A stretch of DNA of 64,000 bases, taken from assembly GCF_000142905.1 (NCBI RefSeq), contig NW_013657672.1, positions 62,001 to 126,000 of the forward strand, written 5' to 3'. Positions 1 through 10,636 of this stretch are shown piece by piece; position 1 is the first letter of the stretch; every line of letters starts with the position of its first letter. The translations under genes were made by a program, and so were the position numbers. The notes under the pieces were generated by a model, which was not told where the DNA came from, made no database searches, and saw only the letters and a list, made by a program, of their open reading frames with translations. The DNA is from Thecamonas trahens ATCC 50062 (lineage: Eukaryota > Protista > Apusomonadida).

Positions 1-227
1 ATGCTAATGCATACCCCCCCACACAACCATTAACTCTTGTTCATGCTAATGCATACCCCCCCACACAACCATTAACTCTTGTTCATGCTAATGCATACCC
101 CCTACACAACCATTAACTCTTGTTCATGCTAATGCATACCCCCACACACAACCATTAACTCTTGTTCATGCTAATGCATACCCCCCACACAACCATTAAC
201 TCTTGTTCATGCTAATGCATACCCCCA
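1..227. repeat. ~42-bp tandem minisatellite (ATGCTAATGCATACCCCCCCACACAACCATTAACTCTTGTTC), ~5.4 copies, probably continuing beyond the window start
   Basis: Units start at 1, 43, 85, 126, 168 and 209 and differ mainly in the C-run. Confidence 0.95.
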
Positions 228-272
228 CGCACCCCACGCACACACACAAACACACACACACACCTCTCAGAC

Positions 273-1811
273 ATGCACCTCCTCACCCCCACCCTTTCCC
301 TCGCCCTCGCCCTCACCCTCATCCTCATCCTCCTCCCCCCCCACACACACACCCGAGTCGTCCCGTCGTCCGCACTGCTGCAGCCGGCGGCCGAGTCCGC
401 GCCAGATGGAGCCTACGGCGGGGTCATGCCGGGTTATGCCCGCCACGCAGGCGGCCTGAGTCTCATACCAGGCGACGATGGCTACGCCCGTGTCATCGAT
501 GAGGCGTACTGGGCTCTCCTTAGACTCGGTCGCCAAGGTATGTGCCTGGACCCGCTCAAGCATGTCCTGGTCAACGCGTCGGACGTTGCCATCCACATGC
601 TGAGACACTCGACAGACGGACGTAGTCAGCGCATCATCCAGGTCGTCGATGCAGCATATCGCCCCAGACACTGGGCGGTCTTCTTTGGCTACGCTTTCGA
701 CCTCTCCCTCTCCATCAGTCATCCGCACCAGGACGAGCTCTTCCGCCACTCCCTTCGCCTCACCACTGACGTCTATCGATCGCCGCTCTCCCTCACCCAT
801 CACACCTTTGCCCCGCTCCATCCTACCCCATCATCATCATCCTCCTCCTCCTCTCGCAAGCCGTCGTTCAAGCTCGTCTCGTACAACATCTGGAACACAA
901 ATCGCTGGAACGACCGCGCGCATGCTCTGGCTGCTCTTCTCGCCCGCTCTCAGCCCGATGTCATTGCCCTGCAAGAGGTCCGCCTCGACACCTCGCTCCG
1001 CGACGCGCCCGAGTTTGCCTTTGATCCCGACTCGATTCTCGCTCGCCACGACCTCCGCGGCCTCGATGCGGTCAACCAGGTTGTCCAGCTCGCTCTCCTC
1101 CTCCCAGACTACCCACACTTTACCTTTCAGCCCGCCATGTCGTACCCGCAGCTGCCGCTCGGTCGGGTCGAGGAGGGTCTGCTCTTCTTCTCCAAAACTC
1201 CGCTGACAGACACCGCGTATGCTCTGCTCTCCCGCGATGTCGCCCAAGACCACATGGACGTCCACCAGCGCATCGTCCTCTCTACATCGACCCGCACCGC
1301 CTCGGGCGTGGACGTCCAGCTCTTGCAGACCCACATGTCGCTTACTCCGACCGCCCGCCTCCGAAACATGCTCGAGATCGCCTCGTTTGCCCGCGCCACA
1401 CAGGGTCGCCGCTCGAAGCTCCAGCTACTCATGGGCGACTTCAACACAGACGTTGCCAACGAGCGCACCGGCTGGGGCCAGTCCATCGAGTTTATCGTCG
1501 GCCGCCGCCGCATCGCCTCCCGCCATACCCCGGCCCGCTTCCGCGACGCCTGGTACGACGCCGCCGCTGCGCAAGCACCCCGTCGCCGCCACGGCTACGG
1601 CCCGACCTTTCCGGCTCACAACGCCACCCTCCGCATTGACCTTGTCTTCTATCGCAACGTTCGCCCCTCGCCGGCTGCTCTCTGTCCCGTCGACGTCGAC
1701 ATCCTCGGTGCTGACCATTACGCTGTCGCCCCGCATGACGACCCCGACCCGGTGCTCGTCTCCGACCACCTTGGCCTCGCCGCCAGCTTTGCTCCCTGTC
1801 CTCCAATTTGA
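273..1811 (+). CDS. Endonuclease/exonuclease/phosphatase (EEP, DNase I-like) family protein; start uncertain
   Basis: EEP motifs intact and in order: SYNIW, LQEV, THMS, GDFN, RID, SDH. The hydrophobic N-terminus may be a signal peptide, or the gene may have an upstream exon. Confidence 0.85.
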   Translation: MHLLTPTLSLALALTLILILLPPHTHTRVVPSSALLQPAAESAPDGAYGGVMPGYARHAGGLSLIPGDDGYARVIDEAYWALLRLGRQGMCLDPLKHVLVNASDVAIHMLRHSTDGRSQRIIQVVDAAYRPRHWAVFFGYAFDLSLSISHPHQDELFRHSLRLTTDVYRSPLSLTHHTFAPLHPTPSSSSSSSSRKPSFKLVSYNIWNTNRWNDRAHALAALLARSQPDVIALQEVRLDTSLRDAPEFAFDPDSILARHDLRGLDAVNQVVQLALLLPDYPHFTFQPAMSYPQLPLGRVEEGLLFFSKTPLTDTAYALLSRDVAQDHMDVHQRIVLSTSTRTASGVDVQLLQTHMSLTPTARLRNMLEIASFARATQGRRSKLQLLMGDFNTDVANERTGWGQSIEFIVGRRRIASRHTPARFRDAWYDAAAAQAPRRRHGYGPTFPAHNATLRIDLVFYRNVRPSPAALCPVDVDILGADHYAVAPHDDPDPVLVSDHLGLAASFAPCPPI

Positions 1812-1815
1812 ATCC

Positions 1816-2275
1816 TTAACGGTACTGTCGTTCAAGTGTACAACTCGATGATGCTCGACTTCCAGGTCACCGGCCGACGCTGTGCCCGACCTAGGAGCAT
1901 GGGCGAGGCGCGCGAGGTGCCGTACGGCGCCGATCCGGAGGAGCGGCGGGCACGGACGGTGCGGAGCTTGTCGTTGACGACCCCGACGACCGGGAAGTTG
2001 AGCATGACAGAGTTGAACACAGCGGCGGGACGGGAGGGCGCGAGGACGTCTTGCGGCGGACGAGCTTGCCGATCGGCGTGGCCGCGCAAGTGGTGGTACG
2101 CCATCTTGTACTGGATTCTGGACGCCGCGCTCATCAACGCGTACGCGCTCTACGCTGACGCGAGCCCGCGCTCCACCATGACTCGCTTGGCTTTTCTCCC
2201 CGACATCATTTGCTCATGTACTGTGTTGCCCACTTTGAGGCACGCTACAACGCGCCCGGGCGGCTGTACCGTTAA
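1816..2275 (+). mobile_element. Non-autonomous piggyBac-like element with a transposase fragment, flanking TTAA and inverted termini
   Basis: Translation WPRKWWYAILYWILDAALINAYALY...TRLAFL matches the piggyBac DDE C-terminal motif. TTAA occurs at 1816-1819 and 2272-2275. CCTTAACGGTACTGTCG and CGGCTGTACCGTTAAGG are inverted, 15/17 identical. Confidence 0.75.
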
Positions 2276-2277
2276 GG

Positions 2278-5200
2278 TCACGCTCTCTGCTCTGCCACTG
2301 CCGTCCCGAGCCCCAGAATCCCACGCACGCACGCCGCAACATAAGCGTCACTCACCACAGGGAGCGCCGCTCCGCGCGGCAACACCGAGCCGCCCGACTG
2401 GGGATCCATCCGCCGCACCACATCCGCGAGTGGGTACAGCGGGTGCTGCTGCTTGCTCACCAACGCTTCTGCCCGCTCCTTCCACGCCTCGAGCGGGAGC
2501 TCGTCGACATCGATTCCTTCAGCCCGCATCACCGCCACCACCTTGCCGAGCGTCGGTCCGGCGCCAAAGAGGTTGGCCACCTCCTGCCTATCGTCTTCCG
2601 CCACCGCGCGTGCTACCCACTCGACTGGCGCCCAACGAAGCGGCATGGTTGCCTTTTCTGGCGCCCCGCCAATCTCGGCTATGAGCTTGATGAGCAGGGA
2701 GGTAAAGTCGGCCGCGTTCGACGCCCCGTCTGCCGCGCCTGAGATCGCTGTCGGCCGGAAGACCCGCACCTGGAGCCTCGCACACGCCGCTCCTGCCCGC
2801 CGTACAACCTCCTCCGCAACAGCCTTGCTCTGGCCGTATCCCGACTTGCGCGCAAGCAAGTGTGGCGCCCACGCGTTCCAGTCCTCGTCGTTCGTCTCGC
2901 TCGCCGTCGCCGTCGCTGTCACCGCCCCCACCGTCGACACAAACCGGAACGCCGCTCCGCCGAGCAGCGCGAGCTCGAGCATCCGCCGCGTCCCGCTCAC
3001 GTTGGCTGCCTCCAGTCCGGCATACGGCAGCGAGAGATTGACCCGCGCGCCCGAGTGCACCACCAATCCCACCCCGCCCACAATCTCCGCGTACACATCG
3101 GCCGAAAGCCCGAGCTTCTCGGCCTCGAGATCTGCCGCCCGCACAACCACCCGTGGCTCGGGCTCCGCTCCTATGGCAGCAGCGTACACCGCGCGGAATC
3201 GTGCGGTTGCTCCGGCATCGTCCTCGCCGCGCACGAGACACACCACCCGGTCCGCAGACGGATGTGCCGCCGCCAGTGCAGCCACAAGGTACGGGCCGAG
3301 GAAGCCAGTGCTGCCCGAGACAACCACCCAGTTCCCGCACCTAGACTCGGGCCCCGCCTTAAGCACCGGCGCCAGCGCCGCCATCTGCGCATTGACAGCT
3401 CGCTCCCACGCCACAGCATCCTTGCTGCTCGTCCCACTTACCCCGGCCTCCAGCTGCGCCGCCACATGCACCAGTGGGTACTCGTACAGCGTGGCCATGC
3501 TCAGCGCGCCCTCGCCGGCAGCCCCCGCCACCGTGTTGACAATCACCGCTGCCGCCAGTGAGTCGCCGCCAAGATCTGCAAGCGTCACTTCGTTGCCCAC
3601 CTCGCCGCTCTCCGGCAACGCGCCCGGTAGCGCCCGATCGACAGCCTCTCGCAGCATGCCCGCGAGCACAGTCACCTGGTCATTACTCCCAGCGGAGGAG
3701 CTCGCACTGCCAGATCTGTACAGCTCGTCGCGGATCGCCCGGTATCGCTTGCCCAGCACTGCCCGGCGCTTCTTGCCCGTCGGCGTCAGCCCGCCGCACT
3801 GGACCGTCCACGCCACCGGCTCGACAAAGACCGCTTGCGGAATCTCTAGAGGACGCAGCTTGGCCTGCCGCGCCCAGAACCGGACTTCAGTGAGCATCTC
3901 GCTGGCGTCGAGCTTGCGACCCGCTTCCGTCGGCACAACTACCACAACCGGACTCCGTTGCCGCGGCTCGGCCATCACCAGCGTGCTCTCGATGGCCGGC
4001 GAAGCCTCCAGCGCCGACTCGATGGCCGCAGGCGCAATCCACTCGCCAGAAACAAGCTTGATGCACGAGGCCACCCGGTCTACAATCCTCACCGAGATCC
4101 GCCCGCTCTCGCTGTCGACAAAGGTCTCACCGATGTCACCGGTTTTGTAGAACAGTCGCCCGTCGCCGTGCAGGTCGACGAACCGCTCGGCCGTCGCTTC
4201 GGCGTTGCCCCAGTAGCCAGGAATGAGCCGCGGCGAGTGGACGTAGATCTCTCCCACAGACACACTACCGGCAGCAACGTCTCCCAACAACTCCTCTGCC
4301 AGCGGCTCCAGATGGACCTCGATGCCAGGATAGACAACCCCGTCCCGGGCAATGCCGCCAGTCTCACGCGAGCCGTACAGATTGACCAGATCGATGCCGA
4401 GGACTTGCTTGGCAAACTCGGCGACCTGCTCAGAGAGTGGCGCCCCGCCCGACGTCGCCACCATCAGCCGGTTGCCCAGCGAGGCCTTGACGGCTGCTCC
4501 AGCCGCGGCGGCGGCCTCGGCCCGTCCCAGCACCCCGTCAGCCATGAGCTCAACCGTTTTGGCACGGTACTCGTTGTAGAGCGAAGCCCAAAACGACGGT
4601 GCCGCTCCGAGGTTGGTCGGCCGCGCGATCTCGAGGTCCCGACGCATGTTTGCCATCGACGACGCAAAGATCCGCACCTGCCCAAGCCGCATCGTCGAGA
4701 GAAGCGAGAGCACAAACGTGGGATCGAACGACTGAAAGTCGAACCGCACCAGCGGCACGACCACCGTGTTCCCGGCCGACGGCCGCATCAACGACTCGGT
4801 AAACATCGAGCCCTTGGGCGTGCCTGTCGAGCCCGAGGTGAACAGGACCGCCGTCACCTCGTCATCGCCGCGGACAACCGGCTCAAACTCAGACCCGGCC
4901 TCCCACTCTGCTTTGGCTGCTTTTGCCAGTTCGCCCATCTCCCACACAAGGCATGACATGGTGGCTTGGGTCTTGCTCGCGACTTGTCCGTCGACCACAA
5001 CCGCCGCCGGCTGGATCAGTGCCGCGAGCTCGGACAGCGTCTCGCCTGCCAGCGCGGCGTGAACAGGCACTAGCACTGCGCCACTGAGCACGACGCCAAG
5101 GGTCAGCGGGACGTAAGCAGGCGACACATCACACGCCAGCAAAATCCGCGGCGGCTCCTTTCCGTCGAACTTCTCCTGCTCGAGCATGGCCCGAAAGTAC

Positions 5201-6306
5201 GCTGCGTACGCCCAGCTCGCTGCCGCAACCTCAGCGTAGCTTTGGATCGTCACACCCGAGCCGTCGGGCGTCACCTGTCCGATGAACGGGCGGTCGGCAA
5301 AGCGGCGAAAGGCATCGGCAATGAGCGGCCCGCATGACGCCCCGGTCGCTGTATTGAGCTCGCATGTCGTCCGCGGCGCGAGCTCGGAGTAGTGCTCGTG
5401 CGCCTCGGCCATGTCCGACACATGGCACGCTCCGCAGCAGTACCACGGGCTCGACGCCTCGCACGCCTCGCAACTCCAGCGCGTCTCGCCAGGAAAGACC
5501 GGCTTTGAGCAGATGGAGCAGAGGCAAATGTGGGTGGCGATCGAGGTCGACGGCTGCAACACCGCAGTCGCCTCCCCATAAGACCCGCCCTTGACGTTGC
5601 GCCAGCTTCCGGTAAATCGACTCAACCCGTCAGGCCCGGCCTCGATGGCGCCGGTGTACTCGACGTCGTACCCATGCGTCGCCTCGTGCGACGCGTCGTA
5701 GTGCTTGACAACCGTCACCGCCCCGCTAGCGGCGTCGACTCTTCCGGCAAGCGTAAAGGTGAGGACCGGCGAGCCCGGCACATCGCCCGAGTCCTCAAAG
5801 AAGCCCGCGCCAAACACTCTGCCAGCTCTCTTGTCCACCGCCATGCTCCACATGACCGGATTGGTAGGGATGAAGAACGGCGCAAGCTCCGGATGAGGTA
5901 CAGCTTCGCCGATCCAAAGCCCCGCCAGGAACTCTGTCTCTGCTCCTTCGCCTCGTGTGCAGCACGCCGCAAATGGTCCGCCGTCATCTCCATCCACCGG
6001 TCGCCACACGCCCTTGAGCCACACCAGACCGTCACCATCGACCGAGTACGTCGCTCCGTACCGACGCGTCGGCGAGGACACATCCACAAACCGGCGAGCC
6101 ACCGATCCCATCAGCACCTCGACTTCACCTGCTCCATCGCTCGAGCCTGCACCAGAGTCATCTGGCCCAAGCGCAGCGCCAAAGGCCGATGGAAAGCGCG
6201 GCCGCGGGGCGAGGGTCAGCACCCACGTCAGCTCGTGATCAACCTCGCCTGACTTTGCCATCGCTGTCCCTGTCCACACTCCCGACACATGCGGCGGTGA
6301 CGTCAT
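2278..6306 (-). CDS. NRPS-like/carboxylic acid reductase (A-T-R) with an N-terminal duplicated beta-rich domain and a ZZ-type zinc finger, 1342 aa
   Basis: A-domain motifs FTSGSTGTPKG, YGSRE, YKTGD and TGKKRR. Carrier motif LGGDSL. Reductase motifs SGSTGFLG and GYGQSK. ZZ pattern CSIC..RWSCEAC..CCGAC..HEH. Confidence 0.9.
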   Translation of the reverse strand: MTSPPHVSGVWTGTAMAKSGEVDHELTWVLTLAPRPRFPSAFGAALGPDDSGAGSSDGAGEVEVLMGSVARRFVDVSSPTRRYGATYSVDGDGLVWLKGVWRPVDGDDGGPFAACCTRGEGAETEFLAGLWIGEAVPHPELAPFFIPTNPVMWSMAVDKRAGRVFGAGFFEDSGDVPGSPVLTFTLAGRVDAASGAVTVVKHYDASHEATHGYDVEYTGAIEAGPDGLSRFTGSWRNVKGGSYGEATAVLQPSTSIATHICLCSICSKPVFPGETRWSCEACEASSPWYCCGACHVSDMAEAHEHYSELAPRTTCELNTATGASCGPLIADAFRRFADRPFIGQVTPDGSGVTIQSYAEVAAASWAYAAYFRAMLEQEKFDGKEPPRILLACDVSPAYVPLTLGVVLSGAVLVPVHAALAGETLSELAALIQPAAVVVDGQVASKTQATMSCLVWEMGELAKAAKAEWEAGSEFEPVVRGDDEVTAVLFTSGSTGTPKGSMFTESLMRPSAGNTVVVPLVRFDFQSFDPTFVLSLLSTMRLGQVRIFASSMANMRRDLEIARPTNLGAAPSFWASLYNEYRAKTVELMADGVLGRAEAAAAAGAAVKASLGNRLMVATSGGAPLSEQVAEFAKQVLGIDLVNLYGSRETGGIARDGVVYPGIEVHLEPLAEELLGDVAAGSVSVGEIYVHSPRLIPGYWGNAEATAERFVDLHGDGRLFYKTGDIGETFVDSESGRISVRIVDRVASCIKLVSGEWIAPAAIESALEASPAIESTLVMAEPRQRSPVVVVVPTEAGRKLDASEMLTEVRFWARQAKLRPLEIPQAVFVEPVAWTVQCGGLTPTGKKRRAVLGKRYRAIRDELYRSGSASSSAGSNDQVTVLAGMLREAVDRALPGALPESGEVGNEVTLADLGGDSLAAAVIVNTVAGAAGEGALSMATLYEYPLVHVAAQLEAGVSGTSSKDAVAWERAVNAQMAALAPVLKAGPESRCGNWVVVSGSTGFLGPYLVAALAAAHPSADRVVCLVRGEDDAGATARFRAVYAAAIGAEPEPRVVVRAADLEAEKLGLSADVYAEIVGGVGLVVHSGARVNLSLPYAGLEAANVSGTRRMLELALLGGAAFRFVSTVGAVTATATASETNDEDWNAWAPHLLARKSGYGQSKAVAEEVVRRAGAACARLQVRVFRPTAISGAADGASNAADFTSLLIKLIAEIGGAPEKATMPLRWAPVEWVARAVAEDDRQEVANLFGAGPTLGKVVAVMRAEGIDVDELPLEAWKERAEALVSKQQHPLYPLADVVRRMDPQSGGSVLPRGAALPVVSDAYVAACVRGILGLGTAVAEQRA

Positions 6307-6663
6307 GGCCGGGCGCTACTTTGCCAGGCTTGAAGACGACTTGTCCTTTCGTGCTTCCGTCTCGATTCCTCGTCAGGTAGTCTGTCAAGGAATCGGCCTT
6401 TTGCTTGGTCGACTTAGCTCGAGCTCGAGGTCCGTAGGTATGTCCCCTGTGTGTTGGTCAGAGAGCAATGGAGAGCAATGTTCTCCTCGTCTGCAGTCGC
6501 AGGCTCCTTCCAATCAGCGGTCGCCCTTCGGCTTCCACTCGCACCTATCGCACAACTTGCCCGATCATGTGTCGCAACCGGCGAACTGCTTGTCGTCTTC
6601 AATGGATCGAACAGGAGCAAGGCTGCGCTGAGTAGCCAGCTCTGTGAGCGTGGTGCTCGGGCA

Positions 6664-8969
6664 CTACGCGAGGTAGTTGTACTGCTTCCGCGACTTGGGG
6701 TCGCGCTCGAGGTAGCCGCGCTCGATGAGGGTCTCAATCTGCTTCTTGATGACAGGAGGGTTGGGGGTGAAGCGAGCCTTGAGCTGCTTGATGACGGCGG
6801 CGACGAGGTTTGCATGGTCGAGGGTCTTGCGAGCCTTCATGATGCGGACAATGGCGGCGTCGATCTTGAACTTACGGTCGTCGTCGACCTTGCGGATGGT
6901 GACTTCGCGCTCGCGCGACGACTCCTTGGTGACGACTTGCGGAATCTTGAACTTGAAGAGCTTGCACTTGAAGGTCTCGTTAAAGGTGAACACGTCGTCG
7001 GGCTTGATCTTCTTGGACTTGGGCTCCTTGGTGAGGATCTTGTACTTTGCACAGGCGAGCGAGAGCAGGTCGCGCTTGAGGGCCACAATGTCGAGCTCGG
7101 TGGCGTCGCGAATCTCGGTAAAGGTCATCGAGTCGGCCTGGTTGAAGAGGCAGAGGATGGCCATCTGTGTAGTCGAGACCGAGATTTCCTTGGTCTTGCC
7201 ACCAAACGTGGCCTTGAGGTCGGCGGTGCCCTGCGTTGACTGCCAGTTGAGGACGCGGCCCGAGTGCGAGTTGAGGTAGAACTGCTTGAACACTTCCTGG
7301 CACTTTGCGATCTCCGGCGGGAGGATGCACGAGCCGGCCACCTGCGGCCAGAACCCGGTGGTGAGGACCTGGACCGAGAGGGTGATGCCGAGATTCTTGG
7401 CCAGCTCCGACTCGCCAAACTTGTCCATGATGTCTGCAGAGAGCTGCACGTCCTTGAACATGCCCTCGAGCTTGTGCGTGAACGACATGCCACACTCGGA
7501 CTTGAGCTTGGTGATGACCTCGCGCTCGGCGTCGTTAGACGCCGACCGGCCCGAGAGCAGCCGCTTGGCGAGGTGGTTCTTGTAGTACCGCTCGAACATG
7601 TCCTTCTCCTCGATGCGCCGGAAAAGAATGAGGCACTTGTCGATGATGGCGGACTTTTCGTCCTCGGTCACGCCCTTGGCCCCCTTCTTGAGCTTGTCGT
7701 CGATGTAGAGCGAGAGATACTCGGGCGACCGGTTGCCCTCAAGGTTCATAAAGTGGTCGAAAGCCTTGTTCATCTCCACCGCAAACCCGTTGTCCTCCGC
7801 AAACACGTTGACAATGAGCGACCAGTACCGGTCGTGGACCGCAATGAGCGTCTCGACGTACGACTTGAACTCTTGCTTCTTCGAGCTCCGCTTCTTCTTC
7901 TCGTCCTTGCTCGCTGCGGCCGTAGACGACGACGCCGCCGCCCCGTCGTCGTCGTCGTCGTTGACGTTGTTGAGCGCCTCGATCCGCGCAAGCCCGTCGT
8001 CGCGCACGTGGTTGCGGAAAATGTCGCGGAGCGGGCCAAGCCCGTTCTCGATCCGCGCAAGCAAGTTGTACAGCCGCCGCAGGTCGTCCTGCTTGTCCTG
8101 CGTAAGCATCGACGGGAACTCGGCCTGGATCTTGTCGATGTGCTGCGCCACCATCACCGTCTCGCACGTCTTGGTCAGCCGCTCCAGTGTCGAGTGGTGC
8201 AGGTACCGCGCCACACGATCCACCTCCTCTGCCAGACGCACCTCCACCTTTTCATAAAGTCGGCACATGAGTTGTCCGTAAGGAACTTGGACGACTCCAT
8301 CACGTAGTACACCTGCGTCGCCTGGATAAACGCGTCCTCAAACGCCGCCTTGTACATCTCGAGCACAACTTGCGCCGGATCAGAAATGTTAAACGACATC
8401 GCCACAAACGACTCCACCACAGTCTTAACCAGCGCAGTGTCGATCTGCTCGCCGTTCCGCTCGCGCTCAATCTCTGCAAGCAGCGCATCCTGCAACCGCG
8501 ACATGATGTGCGCAAACAGCTCGTCGCGCCACGTCGCGATGCACAGCTCCTTGATCGTAAACACGTTGGTCTCCACCCGACCCTCAACCTCCTCGCGCTG
8601 CCGCTTGACCCAGTATCGGTTGATGTAGTTGAAAATCGAGTTGGTCACCTGCACCACGTACTGGTAGTCGCGCCAGAGCTGCGAGTACTGCGAGAGGAGC
8701 GTCACTCCCATCGTTCCCGTCAGCGAGCTGCGCAGCACCTCCATCCGCGCCTTGAGCACGTTGCCCAGCTCGTGGTACATCTGTCCGCCGATAAACGACG
8801 CCCCCGACCCAGTCGAGTCTGTGCTGGTTCCCGTGCAGTAGTCCGACACCATCCGCACATACTTCATGTAATCCTCGGTCGAGATCGGAACCTCTACATC
8901 GTCCAGCAGCTGCTCCACAACCCCACGGAGGTCGGGCCACACATCGCCCAAATGGACCGTCTTGGGCAT
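6664..8969 (-). CDS. Cullin (CUL1-like N-half, CUL3-like C-half) with a 1-nt frameshift at 8249-8252; start approximate
   Basis: Two ORFs join as ...DFMK-KVEVRLAEEVDRVARYLH if one A is added to the A4 run. Cullin homology domain and neddylation motif AAIVRIMKARK are present. Confidence 0.92.
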
Positions 8970-9565
8970 TCCTTCCACTGCCCGCACCCACACCCGCCAC
9001 ACAGCCCCCCCCCCGCCCATACACATGCATACCAACACCATGAGTCTCCAAACTTTGTCCATGTCTTCCTCAGCTATCTCCCTCGCTCAGCAGCTGCATG
9101 CTTCCTAAACCCGCCCAAGCACCCGCCCTCATCAAGCCGGTAGCGGCTACAGCGGGTCGGGCCAGCCAAGCGAAGAAGGTCGTCATTGATCAACCTGGTG
9201 TTGGAAGAAAAAATGGTCGGCTTGCAGCGACCACTCCCCACACAAAGACCCACACGCAGACGAGCGCAAGACACCCACAAGAAGCCAGAAGAGAGACTCA
9301 GAGGCATGCTACAACAAACAGAACATCATGTTCATGCCATTTGTATGTCGTGGACGGTCAGAAAGTGCTCCTGCTGTGGTCACGTACGTTGAAGAGGTGT
9401 ATTCGTATCTGTCGCATTGGTCTTTGCACTGTCACTCGGCCTCTGTCACTCGTCGCCAGCTTCCACAACCATGCCCTCTCGCTGTTGCGCCAATCAAGCA
9501 AGCATTGCATCTTTATGCTACTGGCGACGGAAACGAGATCAGCCTCGAGCCCGGAGAGCAAGAGA

Positions 9566-10636
9566 TCAGGATGTGCTTCCATTACGTCCAGTCTTGCCCT
9601 TGACGCGTCCGCCTCGGCCTCGGCCTCCCCGACCAGCCCGGCCAGGCGGTGCGGCAACTCGCGACGCAAAGGCCGGCATCGGGAGGCTCGACTTGCCCAT
9701 GTTGGCCGGTCGACCGCCGCGATCGCGCGGGTTCATGGCAAGGACCAGGGTCTTGACCTTGGCCTGCGGCGCAGCGGCGCGCGGGCGGACCGGAATGCGA
9801 AAGCCGGCGAGCTCGGCAATCGAGAGCGAGGCCGCGGCAAGCTCCGGCAGCCGAACCAGCGGCACTTGTGGATCAAAGAGCGGGTGGACAGCCGCGGCAA
9901 AGGCAGCACCACCGAGTGAGGCCAGCGCAGCGCTGGCTTCCGAACTCGGGGTGCCGTCGGCAAAGACCTTGGACCGCGCCAGCGCGTCAAGCGTCACGCC
10001 GAGACGCTCCAGCAGCAGCTTGCGCCGCATCGCCATCTGCGCCGCAAACGAGTCGTTGATTTGCGCCAGCAGATCCAGCTGCCGAGGCTGCATTCCAGTG
10101 CAATCGATCGCTGTCTGTGCCTCCCATCCGGCCTTGGCCGCCATTCGCATCTCCACCGCACCGACGGCGGCGTGGAGTGCAGCGGCAAGGTCACCAGGCC
10201 CGTCATCTGCGTTTGGCACTAGAACGCCCGCCACGCCGCGCACATGGCGGGTGATCTCGGCGTTGGCTGACGGCGCTGTATGTGTGGGAAACCACGGCGC
10301 AGCTGATGGCGCGTCGGCAGCGCGCCAGATCTCGGCCAGGGGCGCGACGGCTGAGGCGCCCCCGCTGGCACGTTCACCGCCTCTGGCGGCGCTACCCATC
10401 AGCGCCGCCGTCTGGGCCTCAACAACAGCCGACTCGAGCGCTAGCAAGCGATCTGCGGGCAACGCCAGGTCGGCAGCACTGGGCAACTCGCCCGACTTGC
10501 CCACGATCGCCTCCAAGACCGCCATGATGCGCCCCGGCTCGTCGGCCTCGACCGCCGCAGCCAGGTCGTGTGCGGACATAGGCTGGCTGAGAAGGCCCAG
10601 AGCCTGCTCCAGGCGTACAAGGCGAAACGAGGGCAT
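9566..10636 (-). CDS. FAM98: FAM98-family protein with an RGG tail
   Basis: INDSFAAQMAMRRKLLLERLGVT and PRDRGGRP...PMPAF followed by RGG repeats resemble FAM98A/B. Confidence 0.7.
   Translation of the reverse strand: MPSFRLVRLEQALGLLSQPMSAHDLAAAVEADEPGRIMAVLEAIVGKSGELPSAADLALPADRLLALESAVVEAQTAALMGSAARGGERASGGASAVAPLAEIWRAADAPSAAPWFPTHTAPSANAEITRHVRGVAGVLVPNADDGPGDLAAALHAAVGAVEMRMAAKAGWEAQTAIDCTGMQPRQLDLLAQINDSFAAQMAMRRKLLLERLGVTLDALARSKVFADGTPSSEASAALASLGGAAFAAAVHPLFDPQVPLVRLPELAAASLSIAELAGFRIPVRPRAAAPQAKVKTLVLAMNPRDRGGRPANMGKSSLPMPAFASRVAAPPGRAGRGGRGRGGRVKGKTGRNGSTS

Noticed and set aside
1-227. 42-bp repeat as a CRISPR array or telomeric repeat
   Set aside because: Units are contiguous with no unique spacers, there are no cas genes, the context is eukaryotic, and it is not a short G-rich telomere unit.
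8240-8270. Programmed -1 frameshift in the cullin (and in USP at 58803)
   Set aside because: No X XXY YYZ slippery heptamer in frame; a homopolymer length error is simpler.
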